Positions 39,184-48,060 of a stretch of 64,000 nucleotides of DNA are shown piece by piece. This DNA is from an uncultured delta proteobacterium (lineage in GTDB: Bacteria > Myxococcota_A > Polyangia > Polyangiales > Polyangiaceae). The stretch lies in NCBI GenBank assembly GCA_963782055.1, contig CAWAIF010000003.1:1504001-1568000 (forward strand). Reading direction: 5' to 3'. Below the pieces are notes generated by a model. That model was given only the letters and a program-made list of their open reading frames with translations. It was not told the DNA's origin and did no database searches. The position numbers were made by a program, and so were the translations under genes. How positions within the stretch are numbered: position 1 is the first letter of the stretch; every line of letters begins with the position of its first letter.

Positions 39184-40608
39184 TCAGAGGACGAGCTTCT
39201 GGTTGGCCCCCACCTTGAAGTTGGTGCCCGACTGATTGCTGACCACGGTCCCCTGCGTGTAGTGGCCGCTGCCGTCCGCGCCCTGGGCGTTGGCGTTCCA
39301 CGTGTTGCCGACGGCCTGGAACGTGCCGTTCGACGTCCCGATGGTGACATCGACCCCCGTCGTCGAGTGACCCTGGATGATGTTGTTGCCGTGGGAGTTG
39401 GTCGTCCCGAGGTCCACCGAGATGGAGCCCAGCACAACGAGCCCGTAGGGCGCGTTCTTCATCGTGGTGCCGCGCATGATGACGCTCGCGCCCTGCGTGT
39501 AGATGTTGCCGACGGCGTTCCCGGAGAGGGTCGCGTTCTTGATGTCCAGCGTGCCGCCGACGTGCTCGATGGCCAGGCGACCGGACCCTGTGATGCTCGT
39601 GCCGTCCATCGTCAGCGAGAGGTTGCCCGTGATGCCGTCGTGGCTCACGTTGGTGATCGCGCCGCCGGTCATCACCAGCTTCGCCGCGGCGGCTCCGCCG
39701 TAGATGCCGTCCGCGCCCTTGTCGATGGTGACGGTGTCGAGCGTGATGGAGGGCGTGCCTGAGGCGAGGGAGATCACCGTGCCCGCGCCGTTGGACAGCG
39801 TGCCCTTCGTCATCGTGATGCTGCACCCATCCTGGGCGCCGACCACGGTCCCGGCGGCGTTGGCGGTGGTGATGGAGTCGATGGAGACCATGGCGCCGCC
39901 GACGCACGAGAACATGCCGCCGCCCCCGCCGCCGCCGGTGACGCTCGCGCCGTTCACCGCGACCTTCGCGGTGCCCGCCGCCTTCACCGCGAGGCCGCCA
40001 CCGCCCATGGTGAAGCCGTTCACCGTCACGTCGGCGGTGCCGGAGGCATCGAGCGCGAGCCCGACGGCCTTCAACCCCTTGTCCACCCGGAGCGCCGAGA
40101 CGTTCTGCGCCCCCTGGGTCGCCGAGATCGCCGTCTGGAAGCCGGAGACGGTGAGGTTGCCGAGGCCCCCGCCCTTCACGAACACCAGGCCGGTGGGGGT
40201 CGCGCCCTGAATGCGCGCGCCGGAGCCGCCGTCCGCCGCGCCGACGCCGAGGACCTTGACGCCGTCGGGGATCGACTCCGGGAAGGACTCGCCGTTGGCG
40301 GTGTCGTAGGTGCCGGCCAGCAGGTAGACGTTGTCCCCCGGCTTGGCGAGGGAGAGGCCCTTCTTCAGCGTCTTCAGCGGCGCCGCCATCGTGCCGGGGT
40401 TGGTGTCGTCGCCGGTGTCCGCGCTCACGTAGAAGCCGGGTGCGGCGGCGTCCGGCCCGGTGTCCGCCGAGGCGTCGGCTGCGCCCGTGTCGCCTCCGGT
40501 GTCCGCCGCGCCATCCACGCCACCGCCATCGGGGCCGGTCGCCACGGGCGAATCGCCCACACACGCCACGAGCAACCCCGACAGGACCAGCAACCCCCAA
40601 GCCTTCAT
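39184..40608 (-). CDS. DUF1565 / right-handed beta-helix lipoprotein
   Basis: Lipobox LVAC; YVS..G.D.NPGT...P.KT...; beta-helix repeats; DLGT...GNN. Confidence 0.85.
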   Translation of the reverse strand: MKAWGLLVLSGLLVACVGDSPVATGPDGGGVDGAADTGGDTGAADASADTGPDAAAPGFYVSADTGDDTNPGTMAAPLKTLKKGLSLAKPGDNVYLLAGTYDTANGESFPESIPDGVKVLGVGAADGGSGARIQGATPTGLVFVKGGGLGNLTVSGFQTAISATQGAQNVSALRVDKGLKAVGLALDASGTADVTVNGFTMGGGGLAVKAAGTAKVAVNGASVTGGGGGGGMFSCVGGAMVSIDSITTANAAGTVVGAQDGCSITMTKGTLSNGAGTVISLASGTPSITLDTVTIDKGADGIYGGAAAAKLVMTGGAITNVSHDGITGNLSLTMDGTSITGSGRLAIEHVGGTLDIKNATLSGNAVGNIYTQGASVIMRGTTMKNAPYGLVVLGSISVDLGTTNSHGNNIIQGHSTTGVDVTIGTSNGTFQAVGNTWNANAQGADGSGHYTQGTVVSNQSGTNFKVGANQKLVL

Positions 40609-40664
40609 TCTTCGGTACCTCCGCTGGAAGAAGACGGCCGGAGCCGACCGTCACCTGGAGACTA

Positions 40665-41870
40665 TCACGGAGGAGGAGGATCGTAGGCCAGGGCGTCCCG
40701 GGGCGACTCGGTCACCACCTCGGCGACAGGCTCGCCCATGTGCGCGCGTTGCGGCGGCGCGAGGGCGAGCAGCGTCCGCACTGTCGCGGCCACGTCGGCG
40801 AGGTGCAGTGGGCGCGAGGGACACACCGCACCCTGGCCGCGCATCCCGCCGCCCCACGCCGCCAGGAAGGTGCGGGCCGACTCCGGCGCGAACATCCCGT
40901 GGTCGCGGAAGTTGGCCGCGCGGCCGTGATCCGCCGTGACCAGCACGGTGGTCTGCGCCGCGCCCGGGCCCATCGCCTCGATGAGGGTCTCCAGGTCGCC
41001 GAGCACGCGGTCCACCTGCGCGATCGCGCCGAGGTAGCTCGCGTAGTCGTCGCGGTGGCCGTACTCGTCGGTGTCCCCGAGGCCGAGGAACATCATCCGC
41101 GGGTGGTTCAGCTCGAAGTAGCGCAGCGCGAGCTTGGCGGTCTGCGCGTCCGGCCGGTACCCCTCGTTGCCGGGATAGCTCGGCTCCTTCGCGCCGGTCT
41201 CCAGCGTGGCGCGCATGAGGGCGTCACCGACGAGCGCGTCGCGATGGGAGACGAAGCTCTTGCCCGCAGACGCGACGAACGCGTTCGGGTCCAGCACCGC
41301 CCGCTCGATGGGCGTCCAGGAGGTGAACATGGCGACCTCGTCGGCGCCGAGCTCCTCCCGCGCGCCGTCGAGCACCGAGGGGACCGTGGTGCGGGCGCAC
41401 TCGTTGGTGGTGCAGCCGCTCCGGCGCTGGCCGGTGAGCATCTCCATGTAGCCGGGCAGGGAGATGAAGTTGGGCCCGGACGCGGCGACGGTGTTGTCAC
41501 ACCCCGGGCCGCCGAGGAGCACGCCCGACTCGGCCACCAGGCGATGCAGGTTGGGGGTGAGCGCCTCCGCGGTGGCGTACGCGCTGGCGTCCACGCCGTG
41601 GCTGCGGGCGAGCGCGGCGTCGGCGCCGTCGAAGATCTCCTGCCAGCGCACGCCGTCGATCGCGACCACGATCACGCCGGGGGGCGGCGGGGACTCCGCG
41701 GGGTCCGGGGGTTGGACCTCCGCGTCCACCGGCGTGGAGGCGGCTACCGTCGCGGCGGCCGGGGGGGCGCTCCGGGTGGCGGCGCCCCGCGCCGGTGCCG
41801 GCGCGGGCACGTGCGCGCAGCCTGCGAGGGCGACGGACACGGCCAGGACGCGAAAACCATTGGAGCTCAA
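40665..41870 (-). CDS. Alkaline phosphatase-superfamily lipoprotein
   Basis: Lipobox LAGC; IDGVRWQE, SLPGY, DTDEYGH, TADHG; start uncertain. Confidence 0.82.
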   Translation of the reverse strand: MSSNGFRVLAVSVALAGCAHVPAPAPARGAATRSAPPAAATVAASTPVDAEVQPPDPAESPPPPGVIVVAIDGVRWQEIFDGADAALARSHGVDASAYATAEALTPNLHRLVAESGVLLGGPGCDNTVAASGPNFISLPGYMEMLTGQRRSGCTTNECARTTVPSVLDGAREELGADEVAMFTSWTPIERAVLDPNAFVASAGKSFVSHRDALVGDALMRATLETGAKEPSYPGNEGYRPDAQTAKLALRYFELNHPRMMFLGLGDTDEYGHRDDYASYLGAIAQVDRVLGDLETLIEAMGPGAAQTTVLVTADHGRAANFRDHGMFAPESARTFLAAWGGGMRGQGAVCPSRPLHLADVAATVRTLLALAPPQRAHMGEPVAEVVTESPRDALAYDPPPP

Positions 41871-42071
41871 ACTACCAAAATATACCCCGCCCGACCCCTC
41901 CAGGCACGAAACCAGCGAGTAAATTTCTCCCTTCGCTGGAGTGACGCGCCCTTCAGGTCTCGCGGGCGCGCCGACGCGCGGGGCCAGGCCGCCGCCGGCG
42001 CGCGCCGCAGCTCGGCCGTTTCGCCCTTTTTCGGAGTCCTTCCCGGGGCGACTCGCGGTAAAGGAGATCCT

Positions 42072-43103
42072 GTGACCTCGACCGTTCAGCAGCCCAGCGC
42101 GCCGGCCCGCGAGCTCTCCCCCGAGCTCCTGGTCCGCATCCACGACATCATGGTCCGGGCCCGGTGCCTCGAAGAGCGGCTCATCCGCATGAACAAGCAG
42201 GGGGACGGCTTCTTCTGGATCGGCGGCCCCGGGGAGGAGGCGCTCAACACCTCCCTCGGCCTGCTCGTCGACAAGGGACACGGCCCCGCGCACGACTACC
42301 TGCACCTGCACTACCGCTCCAGCGCCACCCTCATGGCCATGGGCGCCGACCCGGTGGACGCCATCCGGCAGATGAAGAACACCGCCACCGACCCGTACTC
42401 GGGCGGGCGGAACTTCTGCAACCACTACAGCCTGCGCAGGTGGAACGTGGTGCCGGTGAGCTCTCCCATCGAGGTGCAGTTCTCCATGGCGCCGGGCACC
42501 GCGATGGCCAACAAGCGCGCCGGCGGGCGGGGGATCACCATCGTGCAGGGCGGCGACGCGGGGACGGCGGAGGGCGACTTCGCCACCTGCCTCATCTGGA
42601 GCTCCCGGCCGGCCAACCCGCTGCCGGTGCTGATCCTCGTCGCCAACAACCAGTGGGGCATCTCCACGGCGGCGGGCCCGCAGCACGGCGAGCGCCACAT
42701 CGCCGACAGGGGCAAGGCCTTCGGCATGGAGACCGCGGTCATCGACGGCACCGACCCCGAGGCCGCCTGGGAGGGCCTCAAGCGGGCGATGGACTACGTG
42801 CGGACGGAGCGCCGCCCCTTCCTGCTGGAGGCGATGGTCTCGCGCCTGTACGGCCACTCCTCCGCGTCGGGCGCCAACTACGTCTCGGAGGAGCAGGACT
42901 GCATCCCGCGCTTCGAGAAGAAGCTGGAGGAGCGCGGGGTGCTGACGCGCGCGCAGATGGAGGCGGTGCACACCCGCTACACCGAGGAGTTCCTGGAGGC
43001 CATCAAGCGCGTGCGGGAGGAGCCGCAGCCGGACGGCCGGAGCATCCACGAGCACGTCTTCGCCGACCGCAACGTCGTCGGCGGAGAGAACGGAGCTTCC
43101 TGA
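42072..43103 (+). CDS. bkdA1: 2-oxoacid (branched-chain) dehydrogenase E1 alpha, esg-like
   Basis: AAGGAG RBS; HYR, GGDAGTAEGDF..NNQWGIS TPP motif, RLYGHSS. Confidence 0.85.
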   Translation: MTSTVQQPSAPARELSPELLVRIHDIMVRARCLEERLIRMNKQGDGFFWIGGPGEEALNTSLGLLVDKGHGPAHDYLHLHYRSSATLMAMGADPVDAIRQMKNTATDPYSGGRNFCNHYSLRRWNVVPVSSPIEVQFSMAPGTAMANKRAGGRGITIVQGGDAGTAEGDFATCLIWSSRPANPLPVLILVANNQWGISTAAGPQHGERHIADRGKAFGMETAVIDGTDPEAAWEGLKRAMDYVRTERRPFLLEAMVSRLYGHSSASGANYVSEEQDCIPRFEKKLEERGVLTRAQMEAVHTRYTEEFLEAIKRVREEPQPDGRSIHEHVFADRNVVGGENGAS

Positions 43104-44164
43104 TGGCGACCCTGGTCCAGGCCATCCGTCTCGCGCTCCACGTCGGCGAGGAGCGCCTCGGCGTCACCGACATCTTCGGCGAGGACGTGGGCCCGCCGCT
43201 CGGCGGCGTCTTCACCCAGACCCAGGGCCTCAAGACGGCGTGGAACTCCCCGCTGGACGAGCGCGGCATCGTCGGCGCGGCCATGGGCCTGGCGATGGCC
43301 GGGCAGAAGCCGGTCGCCGAGATCCAGTTCTGCGACTACGCCTTCAACACCATCGACCTGCTCAAGCTCGCCGGCGGCGTGTGCTGGTCGTCGGCGGGGG
43401 ACTTCAACCTTCCGATGGTGCTGATGACGCCGGTCGGCTCGGGCATCCGCGGCAGCATCTACCACTCGCACTCCTTCGACGGACAGGCCACGCGCATCCC
43501 CGGCTGGAAGATCGTCATGCCCAGCAACCCGCGGGATGCCTACGGCCTGCTGCTCTCCGCCATCGCCAATCCCAACCCGGTGATGTTCCTGCCCCCCAAG
43601 GCGCTGATGCGCACGCGCGCGCTGCCCGGCGAGCAGATCCCGGGGGAGCCGGCGGACGAGAAGCTGCTCTCCAAGATGATCGACGCCCCGCTGGGCGATC
43701 GCTCGGCGTGGCGCCCGCAGTGGCCGGACGTGGAGGACCTCTTCGTCCCCATCGGCGAGGCGCGGACGGCGCGGCGGGGCCGCGACGTGACCGCGGTGAG
43801 CTACGGGCGGACGCTCCCGCTGTGCGTGAAGGCGGCGGAGGAGCTGGCGAAGGAGGGCGTCGAGGTGGAGGTCATCGACCTGCGCACCCTCTATCCCTAC
43901 GACTGGGACTGCATCGCCGAGAGCGTGAAGCGGACCAACCGGGTGCTCTTCGTCAACGAGGACACCGAGGTGACCAACTTCGGCGAGCACCTGATGCGGC
44001 GGGTGGTGGAGGAGCTCTTCTACGAGCTGTACGCGCCGCCGCGCCTGCTCGCCGGCGCCAACGTGCCCGGCATCGGTCTCGCCGACAACCTGGAGAAGGC
44101 GTCGGTCCCGCAGGTGGACGGGATCGTGCGCGCGCTGCGGGAGATGGCGAAGCACGCCCCTTGA
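43103..44164 (+). CDS. bkdA2: 2-oxoacid dehydrogenase E1 beta
   Basis: FGEDVG..GGVF, PLDE.GI.G, AEIQF.DY, YHSHS, IDLRTL.P.D; TGATG overlap. Confidence 0.88.
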   Translation: MATLVQAIRLALHVGEERLGVTDIFGEDVGPPLGGVFTQTQGLKTAWNSPLDERGIVGAAMGLAMAGQKPVAEIQFCDYAFNTIDLLKLAGGVCWSSAGDFNLPMVLMTPVGSGIRGSIYHSHSFDGQATRIPGWKIVMPSNPRDAYGLLLSAIANPNPVMFLPPKALMRTRALPGEQIPGEPADEKLLSKMIDAPLGDRSAWRPQWPDVEDLFVPIGEARTARRGRDVTAVSYGRTLPLCVKAAEELAKEGVEVEVIDLRTLYPYDWDCIAESVKRTNRVLFVNEDTEVTNFGEHLMRRVVEELFYELYAPPRLLAGANVPGIGLADNLEKASVPQVDGIVRALREMAKHAP

Positions 44165-44170
44165 GGGGCT

Positions 44171-44194
44171 GATCTACACCTTAGGGTGTAGATC
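44171..44194. terminator. 10-bp perfect palindrome right after the E1 beta stop (terminator or protein-binding site)
   Basis: gatctacacc-ttag-ggtgtagatc. Confidence 0.5.
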
Positions 44195-44432
44195 GGCGAC
44201 CAAGCGGTCAGTCCGATGGAGCCCGTTGTCGGCGCGTCGATATTTCGCATTCGCCCTTGTCACGTGTTCGCTCACGTGATGTCCTCGGCCTTCAGGAGGG
44301 CGCCGGCATGATCTTCGCGCAGGCAGGCAGGCAGGCGGTCGATGTGGACGGGGCAGGTGACGATCACCGGCGGGCCGCTCTCGCAGGTGAAGTCGCAGAA
44401 CCTCCGGGTAGATCCGAACTGACGGGGCCAGG

Positions 44433-44984
44433 ATGGATCTCCGGCGCATCGTCCTCGGCGTGCTGTCGCTGGCTTGTGGTGTCGCGGGCGCGTTCTGCGG
44501 CGGAACGGTGGACGACGGCTGGAACGGCCTGACCGCGGGCGGCGACGTGGACGCCCTGGCGCCGCTTGGGAGCCCCAATGGTGTCGCCTGCGGCGATTTC
44601 CACGCACCGATCACGCCCGCACCATGCGACGGCGACGCCGGCGCGACGGCCATGGACCAGGAGTGTCAGCAGAGTCTCCCCGCCCCGCCGCCGCTAGGGA
44701 CTGGATGTGCCCCCCTTGATCGCAATAGCAGCTATTGCGTGGCATATCCTCCGGGCGCGCCGCCTTGCAAAGCAGGTCCCGAGGGCGACGCTTACTGCCA
44801 TGAGTTCTTCAGACAGTTCATCCGCGGCAACGCCTCCTTCGTGGCCCAGTGTCCGAACCATTTCCCGGACACGTGCCAGCTCGTGGCGCAAGGGGAGTGC
44901 AATGGTCAGTTCTCGCGCTGCGCTCCCTGGCAGCTGTGTGTGGCTCGCGACGCCGGCTGGACCTGCGAGTCTCCGTGTCAGTGA
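44433..44984 (+). CDS. Cys-rich secreted protein / lipoprotein
   Basis: Signal peptide; many Cys; atypical codons. Confidence 0.7.
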   Translation: MDLRRIVLGVLSLACGVAGAFCGGTVDDGWNGLTAGGDVDALAPLGSPNGVACGDFHAPITPAPCDGDAGATAMDQECQQSLPAPPPLGTGCAPLDRNSSYCVAYPPGAPPCKAGPEGDAYCHEFFRQFIRGNASFVAQCPNHFPDTCQLVAQGECNGQFSRCAPWQLCVARDAGWTCESPCQ

Positions 44985-44995
44985 AGTGAAGGAGG

Positions 44996-45316
44996 GTGTG
45001 CTCATGGTTCTACGGGGAATGTCGCCGTCTCGCTGCTCCTCTTCGCGGCATGGCCGGTCCTGCCCCCATCACGAGGCGTGGGCTCGGTCGCGTCGGCGAG
45101 CGGCCGCACGGGCAGGCTCGATCCGATGAGGTGTTCCAGCTCTCGACGGGTGGGTCGTACTACCGGCTCGGCAACTACAACGAGATGGCCACCACCCCTC
45201 TCTCGGTGTGCGAGTCGCAGAACACGACCCTCGACGTCTTCCCCGTGTACGCGGCCTACGACAAGGAGCTCAACCAGCTCGGCACCGGCCAGGCTGCTAC
45301 CATCACCAATCCGTGA
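44996..45316 (+). pseudogene. Probable orphan C-terminal gene fragment
   Basis: Only the 3' half (DEVFQLSTGGSYYRLGNYNEM...ITNP) looks coding; its stop overlaps the next start (GTGA). Confidence 0.4.
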
Positions 45317-45831
45317 CGCGAGCCCCGTGGTACCTCGTCCCGCTGGCGCTCACGGCGTGCAGCAACGGCAAGGTGATCGACCCTGCCCAGGGCGGTGATC
45401 TGGCCGCGATCCATGACGCCGGGTGGGGGTGCGTCGACTACGACGCGAGCGTGGACGCTCGGTACCCTGGACCGAGCTGCACGGCCGAGGCCGGGACCGA
45501 GGATCCGGTGTGCGATCAGTGGATACGGACCACTGAGCCCGCCGGCATGGCGATCGCCGCGTGCGGCATCAAGTACCAGCCGCCGCCGTACTTCTGCCAG
45601 GGGGACGTGCTTGATCCGCCGGCGTGCCACGCCGGCGCGTCAGGGGACGCATTTTGCGACGCGTGGGCCACGCAGTACGTGGTCGGCGACGCCCGGGGCC
45701 TCTCCTTCTGCAGCGTCCCGAAGGGACAGTGCGTGCTCCGGTGGTCCTGCGGCCAGCCCGCAGGGGCGTACGATTGCTTCTGCGTCGAGCGCAACGGCAC
45801 CGCGGGATGCGAAGCGCTCTGCCAGAAGTAG
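45313..45831 (+). CDS. Cys-rich lipoprotein, paralog of 44433-44984
   Basis: Lipobox LTAC; shared P.C.AG..GDA.C and CV.R.....CE..CQ. Confidence 0.75.
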   Translation: MTRAPWYLVPLALTACSNGKVIDPAQGGDLAAIHDAGWGCVDYDASVDARYPGPSCTAEAGTEDPVCDQWIRTTEPAGMAIAACGIKYQPPPYFCQGDVLDPPACHAGASGDAFCDAWATQYVVGDARGLSFCSVPKGQCVLRWSCGQPAGAYDCFCVERNGTAGCEALCQK

Positions 45832-45837
45832 GAGGTA

Positions 45838-47169
45838 TCAGTCGCCCACCACGCCCCACCACATGTGGTCCGCGTAGCCCTGCGTCGAGCGCAGGATGAA
45901 CGGGTCGCTGCCGAAGTAGCTGCTGGTGCCCAGGCGGGTGATGGTGAGCTTCAGGGTGTCGCCGGGGTGGGCGTAGGTCTTGTCCAGGGTGAGCGTGAGC
46001 ACCGGCTTGCCGCCGTAGAAGGTGCTCGCGTCCATCGCGTCGACGTTGAAGCCGGCGATGGATCCGTTGGCGATCACCTGCACGTCGATGGTCGTCGTGT
46101 TGCCCTGCGCGAGCTTCACGCCCTGCGCCATGCGGTTCTGCCCCTCGTACTTGATCTGCACCAGGTCGGGCAGCACCGGCGCCGCCGCGAACCACACGTC
46201 GCTGTCCGCGGGCTGGCACGGGTTCTCGCCCATGTACGCGGCGCGGTTGGACCAGCTCCGCTGCACGGCGAACGGGTAGTTGTCGGGCGTGTAGTTGGAG
46301 CTCTTGTTGAACTCGCACATGTCGCCGATCTCCGAGCCGCCGAGGATGCCCCACGCGGAGTCGGCGGCGTCCAGGTCGTAGTAGCCCTCGCCGCTGGGGT
46401 CGCTCACGAACTCGAGCAGCTCGTGGCTCGTCGAGACGGTGAGCTCGCGCAGGCTGCCGCACCGGGGCATCACCGCGTAGCCGATGTTCTTGCCCTGGTA
46501 GTTGACCCACTGGTGGTACGCGCCGAAGCTCTGGCAGCTCTTCGACCCGTACAGGTTCACGCTGGTGCCGTCCGGGTAGAAGATGGCGTAGACGGTGTTC
46601 TCGTCCGGCTTGCCGAAGGAGGGATCGCTTGCCAGCTTTTTGAGCAGCCAGCTCTGGATCTGGTCATCGCTGATCTGCGCGGGGGCCGTCTCGCTCAGGT
46701 GGACCGGCGGGCCGCCGATGCCGTCGCCGACGCCGTAGTCCGTCGCCACGCTGCGCCAGTAGTCGGTGCAGCCGACCGAGTCGATGAAGTCCTCGATGGG
46801 GTCGCGCTGATCGTCGCCGTCGAAGGTGACGGGGACGAAGACGGGCAGGCGGGCCGTCGTCCCGCTGGGGGTGCGCACCTGCGGCGGGCGCAGGACGAGG
46901 CCGGCGTCGCCGCCGTCCGCTCCACCGTCGCTCACCCCGCCGTCGGCGGGCTCCGCGAAGGGCGCGGGCGGGACGGCGTTCGGATCGCGCACGCACTTCA
47001 CCCCCTGCGGCACGTACGGCGGCGGTCCGGTGTCCACGCCGGCGTCGCGCGGCTTCGGCTTGCTCGCGTCGACGTCGGCGCCCGCGTCGGAGGGCTGATC
47101 GGAGGTGGTGCCGCCGCAGCCGAGGGCGAGCGCCCCGACGCACGCGAGCCCGAGGAAAGCCAAGCGCAT
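45838..47169 (-). CDS. Lipoprotein with SHExxExxSDP motif (zincin/EXORDIUM-like)
   Basis: Lipobox ALGC; C....AYH, SHELLEFVSDP, EIGDMC, VQR.WSN. Confidence 0.7.
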   Translation of the reverse strand: MRLAFLGLACVGALALGCGGTTSDQPSDAGADVDASKPKPRDAGVDTGPPPYVPQGVKCVRDPNAVPPAPFAEPADGGVSDGGADGGDAGLVLRPPQVRTPSGTTARLPVFVPVTFDGDDQRDPIEDFIDSVGCTDYWRSVATDYGVGDGIGGPPVHLSETAPAQISDDQIQSWLLKKLASDPSFGKPDENTVYAIFYPDGTSVNLYGSKSCQSFGAYHQWVNYQGKNIGYAVMPRCGSLRELTVSTSHELLEFVSDPSGEGYYDLDAADSAWGILGGSEIGDMCEFNKSSNYTPDNYPFAVQRSWSNRAAYMGENPCQPADSDVWFAAAPVLPDLVQIKYEGQNRMAQGVKLAQGNTTTIDVQVIANGSIAGFNVDAMDASTFYGGKPVLTLTLDKTYAHPGDTLKLTITRLGTSSYFGSDPFILRSTQGYADHMWWGVVGD

Positions 47170-47273
47170 CGCTCTCTCTTGCCACGCCGGGAGGGGCAAG
47201 AGCAACAGGAGCCAGCGGCTCCCTTGAGCCTGTAATTTTCCTCAGAACTCGGGACGCCTGAAGGCGCGTTGCG

Positions 47274-47924
47274 TCAGCGATCCAAGCCGGTGGAGAGATC
47301 CAACCCGGTGGGGATCACCTCGTAGTCGGGCATCCCGTAGGGGAGCTCGCGCTGGTACGAGAAGCTGTGCGCCTTCTTGGCGTGGTGCGCATGGCGCTCG
47401 CACCACCACTGCGTGCCGCCCGACGCCTTGCGCGTCGTCTCGCAGTCCGGGCACGGCGGCTCGATCGACGGTACGAAGTGGGCGGGCGCCGGCTTCGGGC
47501 CTGCCACCATCACCGGGCACGGCGCCATGGCGAGCAGGTGCTCGGCGGTGGAGCCGACGACCCAGCTCTTCATGTGCGGGTGCTTGTGCGCCCCGAGGAC
47601 GATGAGGTCGGCGCCGAGCTCGCTGGCGAGCTGGACGATCTCCCGGACCGGGTTGCCGGTGCGCAGGTGGATGCCGATCGCGTTCCCGGACAGCCCACCG
47701 ACGGCGGCGGCCTGCTCGTTGGCATAGAGGCGGAGGCGCTGCACCAGGTCGCGCGACTTGCCGTTGGTGGGCTCGTCCTCGAACACGTGCACGAGGTGGA
47801 TCGCCGCGTGGGGGATGCGCTTGGCGATGCGCGCCGCCTGCTGGAAGGCGAAGCCGCCGGCGTCTGTGAAGTCCAGGCCGACGACGACGGAGAAGGGGCG
47901 GGACTGCTTGGTCTCGGAGGTCAT
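47274..47924 (-). CDS. Universal stress protein with C-terminal Cys/His cluster
   Basis: VVVGLDF, ADLIVLG, GSTAE...APCPV; CPDC...WCERH. Confidence 0.9.
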   Translation of the reverse strand: MTSETKQSRPFSVVVGLDFTDAGGFAFQQAARIAKRIPHAAIHLVHVFEDEPTNGKSRDLVQRLRLYANEQAAAVGGLSGNAIGIHLRTGNPVREIVQLASELGADLIVLGAHKHPHMKSWVVGSTAEHLLAMAPCPVMVAGPKPAPAHFVPSIEPPCPDCETTRKASGGTQWWCERHAHHAKKAHSFSYQRELPYGMPDYEVIPTGLDLSTGLDR

Positions 47925-47959
47925 GATCGCTGCTCCTTGGCGGGAATGCGATGACCAGC

Positions 47960-47975
47960 TGCAAGGCGCGCGCCG
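47960..47975 (-). promoter_or_regulatory. Sigma54 -24/-12 promoter
   Basis: CGGCGCG-CGCC-TTGCA upstream of the AAGGAG RBS of usp. Confidence 0.5.
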
Positions 47976-48060
47976 AGCGAAATGATCGCCGCAATTCGCC
48001 CGGGAGCGCGCGAGACCTGCGCGCCGGCGCGAACCGATTGCGCCGGCGCCGTTGGCGGGG

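Noticed and set aside
42072..44164. E1 alpha/beta without adjacent E2/E3
   Set aside because: Resembles the known two-gene myxobacterial esg arrangement; E2/E3 are probably elsewhere.
44195..44430. Minus-strand peptide ...FCDFTCESGPPVIVTCPVHIDRL...
   Set aside because: Looks partly protein-like but has no credible start or family; not called.
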